From Archangium sp. (GTDB lineage: Bacteria > Myxococcota > Myxococcia > Myxococcales > Myxococcaceae): 64,000 nt of DNA. Location of the stretch: the NCBI GenBank assembly GCA_047600485.1, contig JASGKS010000001.1, forward strand, positions 6,848,259 to 6,912,258, in the 5' to 3' direction. Positions 36,216 through 44,905 of the stretch are shown here, piece after piece. The notes beneath the pieces were generated by a model. The model did no database searches. It was not told where the DNA came from and saw nothing but the letters and a program-made list of their open reading frames with translations. Positions within the stretch are counted from its first letter, which is position 1; every line of letters begins with the position of its first letter. The translations under genes and the position numbers were made by a program.

Positions 36216-38054
36216 TCACTCTTCTTCTTCGAGGAGATTGACGCTCAGCGTCTTCGACTCGCCGCCGACGATCTTCACCGTGCGCTTGCGAGTCTCATTC
36301 AGCCCCACGTTGTTCAGCTCGACGAAGTGTGGGCCTTCGAAGAGCCCCTTCACCGTCACCGGCGTCTGTCCGTACGTCTTGCCGTCGACCTTCACGTAGG
36401 CCCACGGGTCGGCCTTCACGACCAGCGTGCCGCGGCTCAAGGTGTTGATGGTGGTGGTCGCGCCGGCTTCGAGGTTGAGCTTCACGGTCTGCTCGAGACC
36501 CGCGGCCTTGTTGATCAACCGCAGCGTCAACGCACCCGCCGGTCGCTTGAGGGTGAGCGGCGTCGCGCCGAGGTCGTCTTTTCCTTCGAACACGTGCGCG
36601 ACGATGGGCAGGCCTTCGAACACGATGGTCGCTTCACCCGCCGCCGCCTTGCCCGGACCGTCGGAGTTGGTGGTGTTGGTCGGCAGCACGATGACCGGCT
36701 GCTGCGAGAGCTTCCACACCTGGTAGCCGACGCCGCCACCGACACCGATGACGAGCATGCCGACGATGACGAGCCACAGGCCCGGGCCCCGCTTGGCGCC
36801 CGCGGGCTTCGGCTGCGGCGGCGGAGAATCGAAGCTCAGGTTCGGAGCAATCGCCGCGGAAGGAAGCGGTGCGGGCTGCTGGAGCAACGGCGGCTCACTC
36901 ACCTGCACCACCGGCAACGCATCGCGGCTGCGGCGCGCGGTCGGTTGCAACAACGCGCGCGTCTGCTCTTCGACCGTGGGAGGCGTCGAGTGCACCACCA
37001 CGCCTCCGCCCGTCGCGCTCACGCTCTGACCAGCCCATGTACCGCTCACCACCGAGCGCAACGCGGGGCCGGAGCGCTCTTCACTCGCTCCACTCGCCAG
37101 CTCGCTCAACGCGGTGCGCTCGGGGTCACCGGGCGGCCACAGCTTCTGCATGTAGTCGCCGACTTCTTCCGGGTCCGCCGCGCGACCGACTGCTGCCTCG
37201 ACAGCCTGCCGCAAGGCGCGCGCCGATTCGAAGCGCGTGTCGGGGTTCTTCTCGAGCGCCATCATCACCACGTTCGAGAGCGCGACTGAGACCTCGTTGG
37301 TGACTTCGTGCGGAGGCACGGGCCGCTCTTGAATCACCGCGAGCGAAACCGCCGCTTCGTTCGGCCCGGAGAAGGGACGCTTGCGGGTGAGCGCGCGGTA
37401 CATCACCACGCCGAGCGCGAAGAGGTCTGCGCGCCCGTCGATGGGATTGCCGAGCAGATACTCGGGGGCGATGAAGCCGTGCTTGCCCTTCACTGTGCCG
37501 GCCGTGGTGGCGCTCGCGAGCAACGCCGGAGTGGCCGCCTTCGCGATGCCGAAGTCGACGAGCCGCGTCTGACCACTCAGGCTGACGAGCAGGTTGTCGG
37601 GCGAGACGTCGCGGTGCACGAGCCCCAGGTGCGTGCCGTCGCGGTCGCAGAGCCGGTGCGCGTAGTCGAGGCCGCTCGCCGCATCCATCGCGATGCGGGC
37701 GATGATTTTTTCTCCGGGCGGGAGGTTCTTCTCTTTCGCGCGCTTCAGCATGCGCGAGAGCGAGAAGCCCTCGATGTATTCCATCGCCAGGTAGAGGACG
37801 CCGTTCTCGTGCCCGAGGTCGAAAATCTGAACGCAGTTGGGGTGGTTGAGCCGCGCCGCGAGTCGGCCTTCGTTGACGAACATGGTCACGAACGAAGGGT
37901 CGTTCGCGAGGTTGGGAAGAATGGTCTTCACGACCACCAGTTTTTCGAAACCGGCGATGCCGAGCGCGCGCGCGAGCCACACCTCGGCCATGCCGCCCGT
38001 GGCGAGGCGACCCAGCACCTCGTAACGCGTGAGCCGAGGCAGAGGAGTGGACAC
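36216..38054 (-). CDS. Ser/Thr protein kinase with a TM segment and a C-terminal PEGA domain
   Basis: Hanks motifs are present: LGRLATGGMAEVWLA, VKTI, HRDVSPDNLLV, DFGIAK, APE. The TM segment is LWLVIVGMLVIGVGGGV. The C-terminal PEGA is ..GTLVVKADPWAYVKVDGKTYGQTPV.. Confidence 0.85.
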   Translation of the reverse strand: MSTPLPRLTRYEVLGRLATGGMAEVWLARALGIAGFEKLVVVKTILPNLANDPSFVTMFVNEGRLAARLNHPNCVQIFDLGHENGVLYLAMEYIEGFSLSRMLKRAKEKNLPPGEKIIARIAMDAASGLDYAHRLCDRDGTHLGLVHRDVSPDNLLVSLSGQTRLVDFGIAKAATPALLASATTAGTVKGKHGFIAPEYLLGNPIDGRADLFALGVVMYRALTRKRPFSGPNEAAVSLAVIQERPVPPHEVTNEVSVALSNVVMMALEKNPDTRFESARALRQAVEAAVGRAADPEEVGDYMQKLWPPGDPERTALSELASGASEERSGPALRSVVSGTWAGQSVSATGGGVVVHSTPPTVEEQTRALLQPTARRSRDALPVVQVSEPPLLQQPAPLPSAAIAPNLSFDSPPPQPKPAGAKRGPGLWLVIVGMLVIGVGGGVGYQVWKLSQQPVIVLPTNTTNSDGPGKAAAGEATIVFEGLPIVAHVFEGKDDLGATPLTLKRPAGALTLRLINKAAGLEQTVKLNLEAGATTTINTLSRGTLVVKADPWAYVKVDGKTYGQTPVTVKGLFEGPHFVELNNVGLNETRKRTVKIVGGESKTLSVNLLEEEE

Positions 38055-38895
38055 GCGCTGCAGACTCTACTCAGAGTGCCCGCGCGTGCCCCGCCCGAAG
38101 AAACCACCGCGTTGGTTGGAGGCCGCGAGGCTGCGCAACGACGGAACGCCGGCCGATTGGCTCTCCCGGGCGCTGGCGCGCTCGGGCGTGATGCCCCTCA
38201 AGGAAGCCGAAGAGGCGATTCGGGCCGGTCGCGTGGTGGTCGATTCGCGCGTCGCCACCGAGCCGCTGATGCCGGTGACGGTGGGCAAGAGCGTGGTGAA
38301 GGTCGACGACGCGAAGGTGTCGCTCGACTGGAAGACGCGCGTGCTGATGCTGCACAAGCCGGCCGGAGTGGTGACGCACGGCTCTGACCCGCAGGGAATC
38401 GGCACGGTGTTCGAGGTGCTGCTGTCGGCACTGCCCGCGGAGCTGTTGCGCTTCGGGTGGCACGCCGTGGGCCGGCTGGATCGCGACACGACGGGACTGC
38501 TGCTGTTCACCAACGACGAGAAGTTCGTCGCGCATGCGACGGCGCCGGAGACGCATCTGCCCAAGCGTTACGTCGCGCGCGTGAGCGGTGAAGTGACGGA
38601 CGAGAAGCTGCAGACGCTGCGGCGCGGCGTACAGCTCGAGGACTTCATGACGCGGCCGGCGAAGGCGACGCGGCGAGAGGCCGATGTCGTCGAGTTGGTG
38701 CTCACCGAGGGCAAGTTCCACCAGGTGAAGCGGATGCTGGGTGAGGTCGGGCTGCCGACGCTCACGCTTCATCGCGAGGCGGTGGGCACGCTGGAGCTCG
38801 ACGTGCCGGAGCGTGCACTGCGCGAGTTGAGCGACGACGAGGTCCGCGACAACCTCAGCTATCCCCCTCTCCCGCGAGGGAGAGGGTCGGGGTGA
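38029..38895 (+). CDS. RsuA/RluB-type pseudouridine synthase (S4 domain + catalytic domain); the start is uncertain and the C-terminus is extended by the dispersed repeat
   Basis: The sequence ..HAVGRLDRDTTGLLLFTNDEKFVAH..KRYVARVSG...GKFHQVKRMLGEVG..L.HREAVG is collinear with E. coli RsuA, including the catalytic Asp in RLDRDTTG. The annotated start overlaps the divergent kinase by 26 nt, and a GTG near 38086 is an alternative. The last 10 aa, [10 protein letters not shown], come from repeat copy 4. Confidence 0.75.
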   Translation: MSRGRGVDTRCRLYSECPRVPRPKKPPRWLEAARLRNDGTPADWLSRALARSGVMPLKEAEEAIRAGRVVVDSRVATEPLMPVTVGKSVVKVDDAKVSLDWKTRVLMLHKPAGVVTHGSDPQGIGTVFEVLLSALPAELLRFGWHAVGRLDRDTTGLLLFTNDEKFVAHATAPETHLPKRYVARVSGEVTDEKLQTLRRGVQLEDFMTRPAKATRREADVVELVLTEGKFHQVKRMLGEVGLPTLTLHREAVGTLELDVPERALRELSDDEVRDNLSYPPLPRGRGSG

Positions 38896-38901
38896 GGGTG
38901 G
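38863..38901 (+). repeat. Dispersed palindromic repeat, copy 4, forming the 3' end of the RsuA-like ORF
   Basis: CCCCCTCTCCCGCGAGGGAGAGGGTCGGGGTGAGGGTGG, identical to copy 3. Confidence 0.75.
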
Positions 38902-38905
38902 ACCT

Positions 38906-40015
38906 CTATTTCGCCGTCGTGGGCGGAGGCGGGTTGAGCGCCGCGGAAATCACCCGCGCCGCGCTCGGAGCCGCGAGCGTGCCGCCGCTGTAGCCAGTCG
39001 AAGTGGTCTCGATGCCCACGTAGACGACGAACGGAACGCGGTCCTGGGTGGCAGCTTCAGCGAGCGGAAACCCGGCGAAGTTCGCCCAATTCACGCCGTC
39101 TTCGATTTGCCACGTGCCGGTCTTCCCCGCGACGGCATGCAACGGCAGCCGCGCGGGTGCGCCCGTGCCGTCGTCGCGCGCCACGGTCTGCGCGAGCAAC
39201 AGCTGCATGCGCGTCGCCGTCTTCGCGGTGAACGCCTGCCGCGCCGTCTTCTCTCCCGCGCGCGTCACGGCCACCGGGTGGTACCGCCCCTCGTCGGCGA
39301 ACGCGCCGTACGCCGCCGCAATCTGCAGCGGAGAAATCTCGACGTCCGCGCCGAACGCCACGCGGTACCGCGCAGGAGGCTCGAGCGTGCGCACATTCGG
39401 CACGTGGCCCTTGCGCATCTTCGGCAGCATCGTCTGGTCGAGCTGCAGCGACTCGTACAGCGCGGCGAGCGGCTCGGCGCCCAGCTGCTCGGCGACCTTC
39501 GCGGTGCCGATGTTCGACGAGAAGACGAGCACGTCTTCCACGCTCATCTCTCCGCGCGGCACGCGGTCGTTGATGATCTCCTTCTCGCCGAGCCGCCACT
39601 TGCCGCCCTCGCCCATCACCGTGGTCGTCTCCTCGACCACGCCTTGATCGAGCGCCGCGGCGATGGTGAACGACTTCATGACCGAGCCCGGGTCGACGGC
39701 GCGCGTCGCGGCGAGCCACGGCTCGTTGACCGTGCCTTCACGCCCGCCCATCGCGAGGAGTGCTCCGGTGGACGGGTCGAGCATCACGATGACCGCCCGC
39801 TTGTTGGCCGGCTCGGCGCTGAGGCGATCGAGCTCGGCTTCGACCACGCGCTGCAACGAGAGGTCGATGGTGCAGTCCTTCGCGCCATCGCAGAGCGCAT
39901 CGCGCGCTCCTTCGGGTCCGACGACCCGCGCCTGCGAGGCACAGGCGACACACGTGGCCAGCAACACTGCGGTCGAGAACACACGAAGAGTGGGCATGTG
40001 CCCGGCGTGGAGCAA
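38906..40015 (-). CDS. Penicillin-binding-protein transpeptidase-domain lipoprotein (TP domain only)
   Basis: Lipobox LLATCVACAS. The SxxK motif is SVMK, the SxN motif is FSSNIG and the KTG motif is AGKTGT. At 369 aa it has no dimerisation or glycosyltransferase domain. Confidence 0.65.
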   Translation of the reverse strand: MLHAGHMPTLRVFSTAVLLATCVACASQARVVGPEGARDALCDGAKDCTIDLSLQRVVEAELDRLSAEPANKRAVIVMLDPSTGALLAMGGREGTVNEPWLAATRAVDPGSVMKSFTIAAALDQGVVEETTTVMGEGGKWRLGEKEIINDRVPRGEMSVEDVLVFSSNIGTAKVAEQLGAEPLAALYESLQLDQTMLPKMRKGHVPNVRTLEPPARYRVAFGADVEISPLQIAAAYGAFADEGRYHPVAVTRAGEKTARQAFTAKTATRMQLLLAQTVARDDGTGAPARLPLHAVAGKTGTWQIEDGVNWANFAGFPLAEAATQDRVPFVVYVGIETTSTGYSGGTLAAPSAARVISAALNPPPPTTAK

Positions 40016-40040
40016 CGCGAGTGCCAGCGCATGACTCAGA

Positions 40041-41201
40041 TCAGTTGCTGGGAATCACCGCGGTGTTCCCGCACTTCCCGGGCTCGCGAATCGGCGGTCT
40101 CGGCACCACGCGCGCGCTCCACACCGTGCCGGGGTCGACGAACATCGAATTCACCGCGTCGACCTCTTCCTTCTCCCACGTCACCGGCCCTTCGCAGTTC
40201 GGCGCCGAGAAGAACCACACCTTCGCCGCGGGAAATGACACGGGAATTCGCGACTCGAGCAACACGCCGTTGGCGCGCAACTCCGGAGTGGAAGGCGGCA
40301 ACGACTCGTCGACCACCAGCGTCTCCTCGCCTTCGACGCAGCGCCAGTTGCCGAGCCAGTCGTACGCGCGAATGCTCCACTGCGTCTCCGGCTCGAACAA
40401 CCGCACGACGAAGTGACACGAGCCATTCCCGAAATCACAGCCGTAGAACCCGCTGCCGAGACAGTGCGGGTGCTCGTAGAACCGCACCGTCTGCATGTCG
40501 AAGTCGCCGGTGACGTGAAGCCGCGCGGAGTTCGACGACGCGGGGTTCGGGCTCGTCACCTCGGCGCGAAAGACTCTCGGCGGGACGGTGTCGGTGAGCA
40601 ACGAAATCGTCGCGCACTGCGAGTGTTGACCCGTCACGTCGGTGCTCTGCACGGCGAAGCTGCGCGTGGTGTTTTCGGGCAGCACCACCAGCACGCCGTC
40701 TGATTCGAAGCGCTCCTTCGAGAGCACGTGCAGCACCGCTCCGCCGCAGGTGTCTTGAAACAGCGTGACGAACGCCGCGTCGGGCGCCGTGCCGCTGAGC
40801 GAGAAGCGCGGCTGCAACGAAGGGCTGGGAGGTGTCGACTTCAGCGTCGGTCTCGGCGGAGCAGTCTTCGGCTCGAAGCGCACGCGCAGCGGTGTCGAGC
40901 ATTCCGAGCGCTCACCCTTCGCGGTCACCGCGCGCGCGGAGAACACGTTGTCGAAGAGCGGCACCAGCGCCACCTCGACGCCTTCGGCCAGGGCCTCGCT
41001 CGACACTTCTTTCAAGACCGGGCCTGCGCACGCTTCGTCGACGAACAGCCGCACTCGCGCGTCCGGCGGAGCGGTGGCCTTCAACTTCACGTTCGCGAAG
41101 GGCGTTGGTGATTCCATCGATTCGAAGAGGGGCGCTTCGGGAATGCCGGGAGTCGGTGGTGGTGGTTCGCAGGCGATGAGCAGTGACGCGAACAGGAGCA
41201 T
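40041..41201 (-). CDS. Hypothetical lipoprotein with beta-sandwich (Ig-like) repeats
   Basis: The start MLLFASLLIACEPP is preferred. The upstream 18 codons of the track ORF are encoded by repeat copy 5 (..HAKRGEGRGEGLA). There are two similar ~120-aa Cys-containing modules. Confidence 0.5.
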   Translation of the reverse strand: MLLFASLLIACEPPPPTPGIPEAPLFESMESPTPFANVKLKATAPPDARVRLFVDEACAGPVLKEVSSEALAEGVEVALVPLFDNVFSARAVTAKGERSECSTPLRVRFEPKTAPPRPTLKSTPPSPSLQPRFSLSGTAPDAAFVTLFQDTCGGAVLHVLSKERFESDGVLVVLPENTTRSFAVQSTDVTGQHSQCATISLLTDTVPPRVFRAEVTSPNPASSNSARLHVTGDFDMQTVRFYEHPHCLGSGFYGCDFGNGSCHFVVRLFEPETQWSIRAYDWLGNWRCVEGEETLVVDESLPPSTPELRANGVLLESRIPVSFPAAKVWFFSAPNCEGPVTWEKEEVDAVNSMFVDPGTVWSARVVPRPPIREPGKCGNTAVIPSN

Positions 41202-41206
41202 GGCCA

Positions 41207-41252
41207 GCCCCTCTCCCCGGCCCTCTCCCCGCTTCGCATGGAGAGGGAGATT
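41207..41252 (-). repeat. Dispersed palindromic repeat, copy 5 (minus orientation), directly after the stop of the gene at 41252..42244
   Basis: The plus-strand sequence is CCCCTCTCCCCGGCCCTCTCCCCGCTTCGCATGGAGAGGGAGAT. Its reverse complement matches the TTGCGAAGC-loop subtype with a loop variant ATGCGAAGC. Confidence 0.7.
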
Positions 41253-42244
41253 CATCGCGCGGAGATCTCCGACAGCGCGGTGATGGGCACCAGCGCGCCC
41301 GCTTCGTCGACGAACGACACGCGCAACGTGAGCGCGCGCAGGTTCGGAGACTGCGAGATGAACGCGCCCGGCTCGTCACAGAACTCGCTCTCGCGGTCGA
41401 GCTTCACCGCGTCGAGCCGCGCCGTCCCACCGGGATTCCACTGGTCGTAATCAACCACGAAGTTGAATTCGTACTTCACGTTCACCGCGGCGCGCTCGAG
41501 CACCAGCCCGTGGAACAACATGGTGTGGAGGATGAAGTCCTCGCCGAAGTTGAAGACCAGCGTGCGCGTGCCGGGCGCGAACGTGTACGGGAGGAACCGC
41601 CCGTCGGTGAGCGGGCACGGCTTCACGTCGATGAACGGGCACTCACCACCACGTGAAGCGGGAGCGTCGCGCACCGTGACCTGCACCGGAGTCCAGTCGG
41701 TCTCCCGCCGCGTCTCGACCGGCACGTAGTCGACGCGACCGAGCGAATCGATGGGCACTTCCTTCCACTCGAAGGCGTGCGTGATGTTGCGGCGCCGGTA
41801 GTCGCGATTGAGCGCGTAGTCGACGTTGCTGAACTGCGGGCCACGCCACGCGATGGCTCCGTCGACCTCGAGTTCGTCGAACGATTCGTCGTTCGAGCCA
41901 CGCCACGGGCCGAGCTCCAAATCGGCGTCGGGAAACCAGAAGCGCCGCACGAGGTGGTACGACGGGTTCGGCGCGTCGGACTCGATCGAGAAGAAGCGAC
42001 GGTCGTTTTCTCCGCCCGTGATTTCCTGCCGCAGCACCGAGAACGAGAAGCGACCGTCCGCGTCGGCGGTGGTGACGTCGAGCGGCTCCAACGCCGAGCA
42101 GCGCGACTTCGAGGCGACCTTGTTGCGCAACAGCCGCACCTCGACGTTCGGCTCCGCGGTGCCTGAGACGAGGAACGTGTCTTCCGGCAGTGGGCACGCG
42201 CTCCACCCCAACCACAGACCGAGCCACGCGAGCCGTCGCAACAC
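41252..42244 (-). CDS. Hypothetical lipoprotein
   Basis: 330 aa, start MLRRLAWLGLWLGWSACP. No recognised domain. It is 1 nt downstream of the TonB-dependent receptor stop. Confidence 0.5.
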   Translation of the reverse strand: MLRRLAWLGLWLGWSACPLPEDTFLVSGTAEPNVEVRLLRNKVASKSRCSALEPLDVTTADADGRFSFSVLRQEITGGENDRRFFSIESDAPNPSYHLVRRFWFPDADLELGPWRGSNDESFDELEVDGAIAWRGPQFSNVDYALNRDYRRRNITHAFEWKEVPIDSLGRVDYVPVETRRETDWTPVQVTVRDAPASRGGECPFIDVKPCPLTDGRFLPYTFAPGTRTLVFNFGEDFILHTMLFHGLVLERAAVNVKYEFNFVVDYDQWNPGGTARLDAVKLDRESEFCDEPGAFISQSPNLRALTLRVSFVDEAGALVPITALSEISAR

Positions 42245-44571
42245 TCAGTACCTCGCCTTCGCCCCGAGGAAGGGCAGCACGGCGGGAATGGTGAACGGCG
42301 TCTTCTTCAGCACGCGCGTGTCTCCGGAAGGAAGGACCTCGTAGGTGTAGCCCAGCACTTCGCGCGTGACGCTGGCGTTGAAGACGTCGAGGAACAGCTC
42401 GAAGGTGAAGGCGCTGAAGGTCCACGTACGCGAGATGCGAGCGTCGACGCGCGCGAACGCCGGGAGCCGTGGCTCACTCGTCAAACTCTGCGGAACCCAC
42501 GTCGGCTGCAGCGTGCCCGGGTCGAGCCCTTCGGTCATCGCGCGGCTGCTGATGATGCCGCTCTCGGGCCGACCGGTGTTCACGTGCAGACCGAGGCTGA
42601 CGTGAATCGCGAACGGCAACACCACGCCGCCGGTGAGATGCAGCACGTGCGCTTGATCGAACTCGAACGGCACCCAGCGCTGCTCGGAATCGGTGACGCG
42701 CCCGCTGCCGTCGAAGTCGAAGACCGTGCGCAACCGCTCGCTGCGTTGAAACGTGTACGAGAGCCAGCCGAACCAGCGGCCCTCGGGTCGCTTGCGAATC
42801 ATCAGCTCGAGGCCCCACGCGCGGCCCTGCGTCGACGACGCTCCTCCCATGCGCGCGCGGTTCTGCAGCAGGTCTTCGAGCGAGTACTCGATGGGTCGGG
42901 TGATTTGATTCCAATACAGCGAGCCGGTGGCCTCGAAGCCGAACGGGAGCAACGCGTCCGCACCGACTTCGGTCTTCACCGCTTGCTGCAGACCATCACG
43001 CAAACCGGCGAGGTCGGTGACGGGGAGATTGAGCAACACCGTCGGCGCTTGATGCGCGAGTGACGCAGCGGCGCGGAAGCCGAGCTCGTTGCTGAACGCG
43101 TAGCGAACCAACAACCGCGGCTCCGGAGCGAACCGCATCACGTCAGGCGCGTCGACGAAGTAGCCGTCGAGTCGCAGACCGAGCTGCGTGGTGAAGTGGC
43201 CGGCCTTCCACTGCAGCTCAGCAAAGCCGCCGACGAGCGCTCCGGCGGTGGCGGGCTCGCGGAAGCTCGCTGCGGGTCCACTCATCGCCGACGGGTCACG
43301 GTCGATGTCGAACTTGGTGCTCTGCCGTTCGACGTCGAAGCCCAGACTCAGCTCGAGCGCGTCGCTGAGCGCGCCGTCCCACCGCATGCGGCCGCCGATG
43401 GATTTTCGCGCCATCAAGAATTGCCCGAAGCGCACGTCGTCGCGTTCGCCGAGGAGCCCGAGCTCTTCGATGCCCGCGGTGAGGCCGAGCTCGAGCTGAC
43501 CTCCGAGCGCGGGGCGGCGGTATGAGAGGTCGGCGCGGTGGAACTTGCTGGTGAGCAGCGCGGTGAACGTCCCGGGGCCGTTCGCTTTCACGCCCGCTTC
43601 GTCGATGACGCCGAGCACCAGCGCGCGCACTTTGCCGTCGCCCACGTTCCAGACCACGCGGCCCTGGTAGTCGCCGAAGCTCACCACCGGTGTCGGCAGC
43701 GGAGGCGTCGGTGGAAACACCGCCTTCGCAATCGCCGCGGCGAGTGGACCCGCGTAGCTCACGCGGCCCGCGACGGTGACGTGGAGATTCAATGGCTCGA
43801 TGGGCACCGCGACGAACGCGCCCGCGTTGAGCAAGTCGACGCTCGCGGTGACCTGCAGCTTCGATGATGGTTTTGCGAGGCGGCCGTCGATGGCTCCACC
43901 GAGGAGCCGGCCGAGTCGCGCGGGCAACACGCCGGGGAAGAAATCGACCTTCTCGATGAAGTCGGGGTGCACCACGCCGGGCCCGCGAGCAGGTGGTACA
44001 GCTGGGGAACCTTCACGCCGTCGACGAAGAAGCCGGTGGCCGCTGGCTGCGCGCCTCGCACCACGGGGTACGAGAGGCCCGAGGCGATGCTCGACACGCC
44101 CGGCAACAACATCGCCACGCGGAACGGATCGCCCATGGTGCCGGCGATTTCCTGCAGCTCGACGCGCGAGAGTTCGATGCGTGAAGGGCCTTCGTCGCGA
44201 CGCGCGCGCACGACGGTTTCCCAACCTTCGACTGCTCGTTCGAGGCGGTAGCGAACCTCGACGCGTTGGCGCGGAGCGAGCGTCTCGGTGACCTCGAGCG
44301 GGCGAAAGCCGGACGCGCGCACGAGCAGTTCGAGCGTGAGGCCACCGTCGGCGTTGCTCGTCTCGGTGGTGAGCTCGAAGTGGCCCTCGGCGTCGGTCTG
44401 CGCGAGCACCGTGCCTCCGTCGCGCAGCACGAGCTCCGCGAGAGGAATGGGCTCTCGCGTGCCGCGCGCTTCGACTGAGCCGATGAGCGTCGCACCCTCA
44501 CCCCGACCCTCTCCCTCGCGGGAGAGGGGGACAGTTTGTGCGAGGGTCAGGACGACGAGAAGCGCGAGCAC
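42245..44571 (-). pseudogene. TonB-dependent-receptor-like outer-membrane protein (CarboxypepD_reg-like N-domain + plug + barrel) split by a -1 frameshift near 43975; this is either a pseudogene or a sequencing error
   Basis: Track ORFs 43789..44571 (..FFVDGVKVPQLYHLLAGPAW then garbage) and 42245..44224 (garbage then VVHPDFIEKVDFFPGVLPARLGRLLGG..., ending ..LGAKARY) sit in different frames. Restoring one G in the run GGCCCGGCG(G)TGGTGCAC joins them into ..LAGPAVVHPDF... The GTG start gives a signal peptide MLALLVVLTLAQT. Confidence 0.55.
44493..44530 (-). repeat. Dispersed palindromic repeat, copy 6 (minus orientation), 40 nt after the TerB-like gene's stop and translated in-frame inside the TonB-dependent receptor N-terminus
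   Basis: The plus-strand sequence is CACCCTCACCCCGACCCTCTCCCTCGCGGGAGAGGGGG. It encodes [14 protein letters not shown] between the signal peptide and the first domain. Confidence 0.7.
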
Positions 44572-44572
44572 G

Positions 44573-44893
44573 TCACGCGAGCGACGCGACGATCTTCTTG
44601 AGCAGCGCCGACTCCTCGGGCTTCACCTTTCCATCGGCGAGCACCAGCGTCCGCGCAGCCATCACCGCATCGTCCGCTCGCGTCTTCAGCAACGCATAGT
44701 CGGGCTCCGCGGGCTTCTTCCCTTCCTTCACGTCTTCGAGCAGCTGCTGCAGCGCCGCTTCGGGAACGGTCCAGCTTCTCCCGAGCGACAGCAGCAGCTG
44801 CGATTCCTGCTGGTCCACTCCTCCGTCCACCCACGCCACGTGCACGAGGAGCTTCAGCACTTCGAGATTGAACGTGTCTTCGGAGGAGCTCAC
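44573..44893 (-). CDS. TerB-like small protein (tentative)
   Basis: 106 aa, LEVLKLLVHVAWVDGGVDQQESQLLLSLGR...RTLVLADGKVKPEESALLKKI. This is the TerB/DjlA-N-like pattern of a paired helical metal-binding module. Confidence 0.4.
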   Translation of the reverse strand: MSSSEDTFNLEVLKLLVHVAWVDGGVDQQESQLLLSLGRSWTVPEAALQQLLEDVKEGKKPAEPDYALLKTRADDAVMAARTLVLADGKVKPEESALLKKIVASLA

Positions 44894-44905
44894 AGACGCG
44901 CGACG

